Positions 17,431 through 25,664 of a stretch of 25,916 nt of DNA are shown here, piece after piece. This DNA is from Pseudomonadota bacterium. Its GTDB lineage: Bacteria; Bdellovibrionota_B; Oligoflexia; Oligoflexales; CAIMVM01. Each line of letters begins with the position of its first letter. Position 1 is the first letter of the stretch. The stretch spans positions 1 to 25,916 of the forward strand of contig JBAXBA010000051.1 in NCBI GenBank assembly GCA_037142195.1, in the 5' to 3' direction. A program made the translations under genes and the position numbers. Below the pieces are notes generated by a model. The model saw only the letters and a list, made by a program, of their open reading frames with translations, was not told the origin of the DNA and did no database searches.

Positions 17431-18402
17431 CTAACTCAACTTCTTCAAGTCTTTTAGGACCCTTATCGTGCTTTCGCGCCAATCTGGCAGCGTAATGCTC
17501 AGCGTCTTTTCAACTTTTGAGACGTCAAGTCTTGAGTTCAGGGGTCTTTGGGCAGGAGTCGGGTATTGACTACTCATGATGGGTTTTACTGTTTTGATAT
17601 TTAAAGGAAAGCCTAAATTTCTTGCTTCTTTAAATATCTCGCTCGCAAATTCAAACCAATTGGTTTCCCCACGGCATGCAACGTGATAAATCCCTCCTAG
17701 ATGATTTGTTGTTTTAGGATTCCTCATCAGGGATGCAAAACGTAAGGCGACATCGGCTAAGGTGGCTGCAGCAGTAGGGGCGCCTACTTGATCTTTCACC
17801 ACATTTAACTCTTCTCGGTCACGACCTAATCGGAGCATGGTTTTTAAAAAGTTAGTGCCATGTTCGCTAAAAACCCAGCTGGTCCTAAGGATGATTCCTT
17901 CTGGTAAGGCAGCCAAGACATTTTGCTCTCCCAAGAGTTTGGAATGACCATAGACTTGGAGGGGACCAGTGGGTGCATTTTCGTTTCTTGGACTATCGAG
18001 TGTGCCATCAAAAACATAATCCGTTGAGAAATGAATCAAACGGCAATTATTTTTTGCTGCCCATCTGGCTAAAGTTCCTGGGGCCTCGGCATTAGCTTTA
18101 AAGGCATCTTCTTTTTTTTCTTCGGCGAGGTCGACGGCTGTCCATGCAGCTGCATTGATAATGAGGGTGGGGTTTACTCGATCTAAAATGGAAAGGATAT
18201 CAGACTCGGGTGCATTCAGGTCTAAGGCAATCTCATCACTACTCGGAGTGCGACTTGCAAACTGAAAAATGTTTCTATTTAAATTGGGGTAGTGTGCTTC
18301 CAATTCTAAATTTGAATGGACGATGTCTTTAAGAGTTCTGCCGACTTGACCTGTAGCTCCGATGACTAATATTTTTGGTGGCAAGATAGATTCCTTAGGC
18401 AA
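17431..18402 (-). CDS. rfbD: dTDP-4-dehydrorhamnose reductase
   Basis: GATGQVG, NAAAWTAVDLAE, HFSTDYVFDG, YGHSK, RTSWVF, DQVGAPT and YPTPAQRPLNSRL. The TTG start is uncertain. Confidence 0.92.
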   Translation of the reverse strand: MPKESILPPKILVIGATGQVGRTLKDIVHSNLELEAHYPNLNRNIFQFASRTPSSDEIALDLNAPESDILSILDRVNPTLIINAAAWTAVDLAEEKKEDAFKANAEAPGTLARWAAKNNCRLIHFSTDYVFDGTLDSPRNENAPTGPLQVYGHSKLLGEQNVLAALPEGIILRTSWVFSEHGTNFLKTMLRLGRDREELNVVKDQVGAPTAAATLADVALRFASLMRNPKTTNHLGGIYHVACRGETNWFEFASEIFKEARNLGFPLNIKTVKPIMSSQYPTPAQRPLNSRLDVSKVEKTLSITLPDWRESTIRVLKDLKKLS

Positions 18403-18640
18403 AAGTTGGCTTTATCTTACAATGAAAGGAAGCCTATTTTCTATCGATCTTTTTGAATTCCATCCATGATCGTGACGTATTTTGGGGAGGAAACCTCTTT
18501 AAAAGCAGCTCCGTGAGAGGATTTTCAGTGACCAGAAGACATGCATAGTCTCTTGGAATACGCCGATAGGGCCCGGTTAGGGACCCAGTTCCTCAGGCCT
18601 TAAGAGGCTTACTGTTTCCACTCCTCTTGCCTTGGATGGT

Positions 18641-19378
18641 TTATGCTCGGCTATTCATGAGTTTGAAAATTCGTTTTGGCAAAAATCGTGCGGCGCGCTT
18701 CAAAGATTTTACGGGGCCTATGAGGATCTCCTCATCGTCCTTGTTTAGTTCTTTCATGACGCTATCCATAAACTGGTCGAGAGGCATGGCGTGGGGGAGG
18801 GGCGTGTTTTGACCACGGTGTAAATTTGTTTGAACTAAAGGTGGCAAGATTTCGGTAACTCGCACGTTCGTGTTTCTAAGCTGATGCCTTAAGGACATGG
18901 TAAAGGAATGAAGAGCAGCCTTTGAGGCGCAGTAAAGCGGAGCGCTTGCTAAAGGCACCAAGGCAAGACCTGAGGAAATATTTATAATATGGGCTTTGTT
19001 TTGGCGTCTTAAAAGAGGCAGCAGGGCCGAGATCAGCTGAACACATCCGAGAAAATTGGTTTGCATTTCTGCAGTCAATTCTTGCGAACTAGGTAGGTTG
19101 GAGCCATCAAAAGAGAGTTTTTTTTGAATTCCGGCATTGTTGATCAGAGTATCTAAGTCGCCGTGCTCAGCCATAAGAAATTGACTGACGCTTTCTATTT
19201 CACGATGATTGCTCATATCTAATAAGACGTAGCACATTCCAGGACATTCCGAGGATATTTCCCGCAGACGTTCTTCATTACGTCCCGAGATTATGACTTT
19301 CTTTCCTTCACTATGGAAACGTCTCGCAAGCTCCTCGCCAATTCCAGAGGTAGCACCGGTAATCAAGATTTTTTTCAC
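18641..19378 (-). CDS. Short-chain dehydrogenase/reductase (DltE-like)
   Basis: TGATSGIG, LINNAGIQ, NISSGLA, YCASK and EILPPLVQTNL. GTG start with AGGA upstream. Confidence 0.9.
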   Translation of the reverse strand: MKKILITGATSGIGEELARRFHSEGKKVIISGRNEERLREISSECPGMCYVLLDMSNHREIESVSQFLMAEHGDLDTLINNAGIQKKLSFDGSNLPSSQELTAEMQTNFLGCVQLISALLPLLRRQNKAHIINISSGLALVPLASAPLYCASKAALHSFTMSLRHQLRNTNVRVTEILPPLVQTNLHRGQNTPLPHAMPLDQFMDSVMKELNKDDEEILIGPVKSLKRAARFLPKRIFKLMNSRA

Positions 19379-19433
19379 GACGGAATCCTATGTGGTCAAA
19401 CTTCTTTTCTCATGTGAGACCTAAGATAACCTA

Positions 19434-19892
19434 CTATTTCTTTTCGTAAACTAAATTAGATCCCACCCAGATTCTAAACATTTCCGTTGTATCAACAACC
19501 AAAATGTAACCGCCCGCAGAAGATTGATTGTGAAAACGAAATTGGTCGATACAGACAAAAATTCCTTTTTTCTTGAGTGGAAGGTATTCATGCCTGGAAA
19601 GTTCCAACATTTCATTAAGGGAGATTCCCGTGGACTTGGCAACAGCGTCCATAAAGGGTGCACCATCGACATCAAACATTCTGAGTCCAAAGGGGTCTCT
19701 GGGGAGGTTGGCTCTTTCATCAGCGGCAATCACAAAACCTATCGGCTTTGTGCTTCCTTTTACATTCACTAGCTGCCCACATAGGGACTCTGCCAGGGAT
19801 GAGCTCGCATAATCTGCCAGGGATGAGCTCGCATAAAACGAGACAAGGGCTAAAAGGCATCTCACCAGTGAGTTTGAATTTAGAAATGGCAT
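19434..19892 (-). CDS. Secreted hypothetical protein (152 aa)
   Basis: ATG at 19892 with GGAGA. Signal-peptide-like N-terminus (RCLLALVSFYASSSLA). No recognised domain. Confidence 0.6.
   Translation of the reverse strand: MPFLNSNSLVRCLLALVSFYASSSLADYASSSLAESLCGQLVNVKGSTKPIGFVIAADERANLPRDPFGLRMFDVDGAPFMDAVAKSTGISLNEMLELSRHEYLPLKKKGIFVCIDQFRFHNQSSAGGYILVVDTTEMFRIWVGSNLVYEKK
19789..19836. repeat. Exact 24-bp tandem duplication (in frame)
   Basis: TCTGCCAGGGATGAGCTCGCATAA at 19789-19812 and 19813-19836, encoding YASSSLAD / YASSSLAE. Confidence 0.95.
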
Positions 19893-20098
19893 ATAATCTC
19901 CCAAGGGACCGTCAGCGGCGGATAGAGCTATCAAATTAAACCTGCCGAGCCAAGACATTTTTTGGAAACCCTTGGCCCCGTCTGGAGAGAACCGAAGTGA
20001 AGGCTAAGTCCATGATTTTATGCCATAAAATATGACCATTGTCCCGCAGTCGAGGACTAAATTAGGACCCTATCCGGGGCACTTTAGAAGGGAACGCT

Positions 20099-21172
20099 CT
20101 ATGGGGAGGAAGCTTCTAGAAGAAAAACGTTATCTTGATCCCCGTCTTTGCCGTCAAGGCCCACTAAAAATTGGTGGTTACTGAGCACTAATAAGGCTTC
20201 GGCGTGCTCAAGATACAAGGGGTAGGAGAGGGCTTCAAGGACTGTAAGCTGAGCTAAGTTAGGGTCTAATTGCGCCTTGAGGATCATATGACAGGAGGGG
20301 CTCAGTAAAAAGTAGCTGTCTGCAAAGAAAGCCAATTCGCTTAGGGTGCAGGTTTGGTAAGGAGACGGTAGGTACCAAGATCGAGTTGCTTGAGCTGTTC
20401 GAATCTGAGGAAATCTATTTCCTGCCCATGGATTGTCTTTGATTTCAAATAAGACAAGGGCACTAGGTCCTAATTGTTGGGCTAAAAGAAATTGCTGATT
20501 AGAAATAACATGAATCCCCTCATAAAGAGTGTTTTCCTTGTCTTTTAAGGAAAGGTAACGGGGACTCATCACACGTTTTTGCTTCGCTCCCTCCAAGTTT
20601 ATAATAGTATGCCTTTTGGTTACATCGGCGTCAAAAATATGGACGGATTCCGTAGATTCCTGCAGTAACCACAGTTGCTGGTTTTGGTCAATATCTGCCC
20701 CTTCCCACTGGGCACTAAGACCTTCTCGAGTCTTCTTACAAAATTTACTTGAGTTTTCAATGCATTCTGAAAGCAAGAATCCCATAGGATGGAGCAGGTC
20801 CGTGAGAGTCTCCATGGCAGATGGAACTTTCGAGGCGTCTTTTAAGTCTAGTTTGTTAGTGCGCCATAGTTTTGGGTCACGATCACTTAACGCAATAAAA
20901 CCACTTCTGGTCGGATCACTTCCGGGAGCAGCTGCAAATGCCGATAACTCTGCAATAGGCAAAAGACCACTCTTTGTGACTTTTAAATCGGCCAAAAAGT
21001 TGCTCTTCGAAGCGCTGATGCGAAATTTAAAATCGACTAATTGTAACTTTTGGCGAGGGTTGTTCTCCGATGCTTCTACTAAAAGAGAGTTTGATAAACA
21101 AAATAAGATAATGAGCCCATACCAGGCCAGTCCATGCCTGTGCGGAATATTTCTGCATTCTATCAGTGCCAT
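20099..21172 (-). CDS. Secreted beta-propeller-like protein (SdiA-regulated/YjiK or phytase-like)
   Basis: N-terminal hydrophobic stretch. Repeated blade-like motifs ELSAFA, WEGADID..QLWLLQE, YEGIHV...FLLAQQ, LSELAF and AEALLV. The family call is tentative. Confidence 0.55.
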   Translation of the reverse strand: MALIECRNIPHRHGLAWYGLIILFCLSNSLLVEASENNPRQKLQLVDFKFRISASKSNFLADLKVTKSGLLPIAELSAFAAAPGSDPTRSGFIALSDRDPKLWRTNKLDLKDASKVPSAMETLTDLLHPMGFLLSECIENSSKFCKKTREGLSAQWEGADIDQNQQLWLLQESTESVHIFDADVTKRHTIINLEGAKQKRVMSPRYLSLKDKENTLYEGIHVISNQQFLLAQQLGPSALVLFEIKDNPWAGNRFPQIRTAQATRSWYLPSPYQTCTLSELAFFADSYFLLSPSCHMILKAQLDPNLAQLTVLEALSYPLYLEHAEALLVLSNHQFLVGLDGKDGDQDNVFLLEASSP

Positions 21173-21681
21173 GCTGTGTTCCTTACCCCTGACTCCCAGG
21201 ATAAATTTTAATTCTGTAATAAGTGTGGCAAGATTAAACTAAAAAAAGGGAAGATATAAAACTTTAATTCTTCCTTTATGAGATCTTTACGCCAGCCGCA
21301 CATTATTTGTGGCTGCCTCAAACACATCCTAAAACACTTCCCCATAGCTTAGGGGGAGTTATTGCTCGTTCTAGGGAGCAGGTCTCTTCTAGGTCAAAAA
21401 TCCTTCCTGCACCTGCCGTGTTATCAAGCTAGGAGCTGCTCTATCCTAGAGGTTTAAAGAAGATTCTCCATTATGGGATTTTTCTGCTCCCGTAATACTT
21501 TCTTTTAGGGACACGCGCATCAGAATTTCACGTGTCCTAACTGCGGCTTACAGTACTTTTAAACAGGAAATTCACAATAGGCTGATCTCGAGCGGCAGTC
21601 TAGATCCAAAAAATCCAGGATAGAGACGATTGAGGTGCATTTCACCGATTTAACCAGAATTCCTGAGCTAAGTTGGGACAA

Positions 21682-22476
21682 CTATTCCTCAGATTCCTTA
21701 TCATCACCATTTGCAAATACTAGCTCATAACCAAATAGGGTGAGAACTTTGCGTTGAGAGTCAAATTTTTTAAACAGAAAGCCCAAGCAAAGTAACATAG
21801 AGACTAAAAAAAGAAGTCCAAGTTTAGGAAAAGTAGAAGTTAGGTCCTCATTTTCTAAACGAGATAAATCGCCTAGAAGGCCGACTTGTTTTCTAGGCTC
21901 ATTGCTAGACTCTGCTGGAAGCGAAGAGGCGCCGTGTGTGCCGATTTCTTTGTAGCCAGATACCATGCTCGAAAACAGTCTCGTCTTAGTTTGAAAAGAA
22001 TGAATCATTACTCCCGAGATATGCAGCAAGGCCAAGACAAAAAAAGTATTCGCAAAAATACCATGAATATCTTCGAGCTGCTCTTTGTAGCCTAGGCTCA
22101 TCAAAATTCCGGTGCTTGCGAGGGCTAATGTAAGGCCTAAAAAACCAACAGTAGCCCAGCTTGAGGCGGGGTTGTGTCCTGCCTCAAAATCACCTTTATT
22201 TTTAGGCATGTCTTTAAAATAGGAGATCAAAGACTTAGGATTTAATTTAAAACTATCAAACTTTGCGTACTTTGTTCCCCAAACTCCCCATAAGATTCTC
22301 AAAACTACTGATAGACTTAGGGCTAAGCCCATCAACATATGATAGTAAAAAAAAGTAGATTCCGAGTCGACCTGATCCGCTAAATAAAAAGCTACCGAAA
22401 ATCCAATGGCAAAAAACCAATGAAAAAATCTAGTAGGCACATCAAAGACCAGCAATTTTGGAAGAGGTTTTGTCAT
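21682..22476 (-). CDS. Cytochrome b/b6-domain membrane protein (Ni-hydrogenase cytochrome b-like)
   Basis: FDVPTRFFHW, YYHMLMG, RILWGVWGTKYAKF, GHNP, EDIHG and LLHISGV provide the haem-ligand His residues. Start at 22476 with AGGAG. Confidence 0.88.
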   Translation of the reverse strand: MTKPLPKLLVFDVPTRFFHWFFAIGFSVAFYLADQVDSESTFFYYHMLMGLALSLSVVLRILWGVWGTKYAKFDSFKLNPKSLISYFKDMPKNKGDFEAGHNPASSWATVGFLGLTLALASTGILMSLGYKEQLEDIHGIFANTFFVLALLHISGVMIHSFQTKTRLFSSMVSGYKEIGTHGASSLPAESSNEPRKQVGLLGDLSRLENEDLTSTFPKLGLLFLVSMLLCLGFLFKKFDSQRKVLTLFGYELVFANGDDKESEE

Positions 22477-22825
22477 ATATTTTTTGCTCCTGAATGGGAA
22501 AAAAATGAGGGACTTAAAGCCAAAGGACCCGTCGTTAAGTGTAGTTACAAAATCCCATTTAAAAAAGGATCGATCTATTTTTTCAGGCGCTTTCTCTATC
22601 CTATAATGTTTTGAGCTCAAATGTGAGCTTGAATGGTCCGTTGTAGTAAAAATTCTTATCCCCTAAAATTTTTTGATTTTCTACGTTCATTTCTAACGGT
22701 TATGTTCTGGAAAGGCGGCCTCAAACAACAAATCTTGGGAGTGTTGCCACGTTTCTCATCATATTCTTAGGTGGCTCTTGCTATACAATAAGAGTGCATT
22801 GAAATCATTCATCAAAGGAGTTCAC

Positions 22826-23089
22826 ATGAAGTTACGATTTGGGTTAGTGGCAGCATCATTGGTTTTGGTTTCAGGAGCGGCATTTGCAAAGAAATCTTGC
22901 ACAGATCAACCTAAAGACAAGTGGATGACCGAAGAAGCCTTTAAGGCCAAGGTCGAAGGAGAAGGGTATAAGATCAGCAAGTTTAAGAAGCCTGGAACAT
23001 GTTATGAGATCTATGGTACGGATAAAGACGGAAAAAAAGTTGAAATCTATTTTAATCCAGTTGATGGAACCCCAGTTAAGCACAAGTAG
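22826..23089 (+). CDS. PepSY-domain periplasmic protein
   Basis: AAGGAG then ATG at 22826. Signal peptide ending AFA. CTDQPKDKWM...GYKISKFK...CYEIYGTDKDGKKVEIYFNPVDG. Confidence 0.88.
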   Translation: MKLRFGLVAASLVLVSGAAFAKKSCTDQPKDKWMTEEAFKAKVEGEGYKISKFKKPGTCYEIYGTDKDGKKVEIYFNPVDGTPVKHK

Positions 23090-23148
23090 TTTTTTTTTAT
23101 TAGGACTTTGACATAAAAACCTAAAAATAGCTGAAGCTCTGTCTCCAG

Positions 23149-24351
23149 CTATTTTTTTTGGGATTTTATCACATTCTCTCTCAGGTCAGCGTGCTGGAGC
23201 ATAAGCGCCTCAAAGTGGCTTTTGGTGAGAACATAGAGATCCCCATAACTTATGGCTTCTACATCGGCAGATCGTGGTTCTTCTTTGATCAAAGCGGTTT
23301 CTCCAAAAGATTGGCCTTTGCCAAGAGTCGCCACAGTTTGAGAGTCGATGATCACTCGCACGCTTCCGTGAGCAATGATATACATTTCGTATCCTACATC
23401 TCCTCTTTTGATAATCATTTCTTTGGGATTAACTACCTTTCTTTGCAAACTATGTGCGGCATCCTTGAGACAAGCTTCGGAGCACCCTTTAAAGATTAAG
23501 GTTCTAGAAAGCGGAGCGATATTAAGATAGGTCTGTATTTCGTTTTTGAGTCCAGATGGAAGCTCTGTAAGAATTTCCTCTTCTTCATCATTCATTTTAG
23601 CAAGGAGACGATGCTCATAGAAACTAAAGACTTCCTGCCGAAGGTTGCCAGGAATTCTGTAGTGATGCAAAAAAGCTGTGAGGTGCTCCATCTTTTCATT
23701 GTGAGCTTCCGACCTGCGATCGTTTTGAAAAAGAAATGTCGATATTCGGCTCACAATAAAGCCGTAGAATCCGACTCCGAAAAACATAACGATCATGGCA
23801 AAGATTCGCGAAGCATTCGTTGTGGGAGTAATATCGCCATAACCAACGGTGGCAATAGTGGTAACCGTCCAATAGACAGCCTTTATATAAACGGTTGTAG
23901 GATCGTCCGCTCTTCCGGTGAGTGTGATCCAAATGCAAGCAAAGAGGTTTATGGATAAACCGATTAGTGCCATGGTCACAATTAAATTATAGTGGCGCTT
24001 CATACCAGGAAGGGTGGCTAAAAATTTTGTGTTAGCAAGAATTTTAATAGCATGGGGAGCTTTTATAAGCCAAAGGGAATGAATCAGGGGACGAGTCAAA
24101 CCCAAGAAACTAAAGCCACTTGCGAAAGGAAAAGCCAAAAGCAACGCCTTTCCCCAGGTGCGCATGTTTTTTTTACCTTCTCTCAAGAATTCAGCAACTA
24201 CGATCAATACCGAGGTTAGAAAATCCAAGTAAACTGCAGATTCCCCGAAACTATTTTGAAAGGCAATTTCCCAAGGGCCTACACTGAAAATCAAAATAAG
24301 GCTCACAAAGAGCAAAAATCGATGGAGGATTTCTTTTCTAAAAGTATTCAT
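23149..24351 (-). CDS. Cyclic-nucleotide-gated potassium channel (pore + C-linker + CNBD)
   Basis: Selectivity filter YWTVTTIATVGYGD, a C-linker (FLHHYRIP...ILTELPSGLKNEI) and a CNBD (GDVGYEMYII.HG.V, FGETAL...PRSADV). Confidence 0.93.
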   Translation of the reverse strand: MNTFRKEILHRFLLFVSLILIFSVGPWEIAFQNSFGESAVYLDFLTSVLIVVAEFLREGKKNMRTWGKALLLAFPFASGFSFLGLTRPLIHSLWLIKAPHAIKILANTKFLATLPGMKRHYNLIVTMALIGLSINLFACIWITLTGRADDPTTVYIKAVYWTVTTIATVGYGDITPTTNASRIFAMIVMFFGVGFYGFIVSRISTFLFQNDRRSEAHNEKMEHLTAFLHHYRIPGNLRQEVFSFYEHRLLAKMNDEEEEILTELPSGLKNEIQTYLNIAPLSRTLIFKGCSEACLKDAAHSLQRKVVNPKEMIIKRGDVGYEMYIIAHGSVRVIIDSQTVATLGKGQSFGETALIKEEPRSADVEAISYGDLYVLTKSHFEALMLQHADLRENVIKSQKK

Positions 24352-24376
24352 TCTATCTCGCGCGTAATCTGAGACA

Positions 24377-24403
24377 TTTTCGGCTTTTTACACTTTTTCT
24401 TTA
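24377..24403 (-). promoter_or_regulatory. Putative sigma28 (FliA) promoter of the CNG channel gene
   Basis: TAAAG-N14-GCCGAAAA with consensus spacing and one mismatch, ending 26 nt upstream of the start codon. Confidence 0.65.
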
Positions 24404-24614
24404 GAAAAGAACTCCGCTTCATTTAAAATCTGAAGGGAATTTCTCTATAAGACGATCTGATACACATCAAGTGGTATGCCTAGGAAGGGACCGCGTTGCA
24501 AAGTTTTGGAAGTCCCGTTCAGAAAGTATTGGCCGGCCAGTCAATAAACGGTTGACATTTACTTAAGAAAGATTAAAAGTAGCTGAAATTAAAACATATT
24601 AAGAAGACTAGAGC

Positions 24615-24797
24615 GGCGGCAGGGATGCTGGCCGGCGGAAGACGCCGGCCTTGCTTTGCTCATGTGGCGAGCTTAAGTGGCGAAATTCGTGATCATATCG
24701 GCGGATTATACACTTCATTCAGGGTTCCTTCGGGATCCTATCTCGGGAATCCCGAGAGAAGGTTTATGCCCATTCTTTAACCAGCCCCCAAGCCGCC
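24615..24797 (+). ncRNA. Candidate structured non-coding RNA of unknown family
   Basis: Closing helix GGCGGC..GGG..GCTGG / CCAGC.CCC..GCCGCC encloses several hairpins, including a cUUCGg tetraloop. GC-rich relative to its AT-rich upstream flank. TTGACA at 24552-24557. Confidence 0.4.
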
Positions 24798-24803
24798 ATT
24801 AAA

Positions 24804-25622
24804 TCAGTGAGCTAAGGCTAGGGGTGCCGGGCTTTGGGGAGGAGACCTTAAAGCGTACCAAAACGGGGTAAAGTTGTACGTACCAGAACCAAAGATATTG
24901 CGCTCATGGCTAAACGCCTGGTTATCCACAACGATTCCGATACCATTTTTTCGGTCTTTCCAATTTTGGAACATATAGGTATGTGCTGGAATGCCAGGAT
25001 ACTCTGGAGGGGGGACGGTCATGACAACATCGCCAGGCAACAGCAGATTTACGTCTTTAATCACCCTCCATTTTAGGGTTTTGGATAGGTAGTCACTGAA
25101 TGCTATCGTGACTAAGGAAACATTATAGCCATTGATGACTTTATCTCTGGGCACAAACGTCTGGGTGAGACGAAGTGCTGAACTCAAAAAAGCCACACAG
25201 CCGTTAGATCGCCCATCGGGATAAAAAGATAGAACCTCTTTGTAAACGCGGTCATAATTAGGTTTCTTTGTATAAAAGTCTAGAAGCCTCTGATTGGCTA
25301 GACCTTCGATTTTAATTTGAGTGGCTTCAGAGGAATTCGGATCGGATTTTTGAGGACTGTCTTTGGGCTCTTCCGTTTTAGTTTGTGGCGGATTTTGGTT
25401 GGTAGACGCGCTGGATTGCTCTTTGGATGGATCTTTGGATGGATCTTTCACTTGCGAGTCCATGGATTTGTCGGAAGGGGGCATGGAATCGTCAGAAGCT
25501 GAGGACTCGCCCGGAGGGGCTTTTCCCTCTCCTTTTCCAATGGTTGTGTTTTGCTTGCCGCAACTGCTGATCCCTAGAGTGATACCTAGAATTGGTAGCC
25601 ATGATTTCATGCTTCTTTCCAT
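24804..25622 (-). CDS. Lipoprotein with low-complexity linker and C-terminal papain/NlpC-P60-like Cys-His domain
   Basis: Lipobox LGISS-C, an S/P/K/D/Q-rich linker, then NGCVAFLSSALR...LLPGDVV...PAHTYMF...VVDNQ. GGAG lies 5 nt before the ATG at 25622 (alternative start 25610). Confidence 0.7.
   Translation of the reverse strand: MERSMKSWLPILGITLGISSCGKQNTTIGKGEGKAPPGESSASDDSMPPSDKSMDSQVKDPSKDPSKEQSSASTNQNPPQTKTEEPKDSPQKSDPNSSEATQIKIEGLANQRLLDFYTKKPNYDRVYKEVLSFYPDGRSNGCVAFLSSALRLTQTFVPRDKVINGYNVSLVTIAFSDYLSKTLKWRVIKDVNLLLPGDVVMTVPPPEYPGIPAHTYMFQNWKDRKNGIGIVVDNQAFSHERNIFGSGTYNFTPFWYALRSPPQSPAPLALAH
25420..25448. repeat. 12-bp tandem repeat in the lipoprotein linker
   Basis: TCTTTGGATGGA x2 + TCTTT, encoding KDPSKDPSKE. 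Confidence 0.85.
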
Positions 25623-25664
25623 CCGTTCTCCCCCCACACATTATTTCAAATTTTCCTAGGTGGG

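Noticed and set aside
20616..21242. 208-aa plus-strand ORF and the other antisense or nested ORFs in the track (e.g. 5348-5677, 9881-10321, 13656-14039, 23158-23499, 23611-23958)
   Set aside because: These are shadows of well-supported genes on the opposite strand or in another frame, with no RBS or recognisable motifs.
21173..21681. CsrB/RsmZ-like sRNA
   Set aside because: GGA motifs are frequent but mostly lie in stems rather than hairpin loops.
9799..24351. A unified bicarbonate-cAMP-CNG channel motility circuit (SbtAB + channel + che operon)
   Set aside because: Attractive but unsupported: no adenylyl cyclase is in the window, and sbtAB and the channel are ~12 kb apart with unrelated genes between them.
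24615..24798. tRNA, tmRNA, SRP, 6S, HDV-like or hammerhead ribozyme, or a known riboswitch
   Set aside because: It ends in GCCA but has no T-arm or proper acceptor stem. The SRP, hammerhead and c-di-GMP/cobalamin/glycine core motifs are absent. GGCCGGC/GCCGGCC closes too short a loop for an HDV fold. The multibranch shape is unlike the 6S rod.
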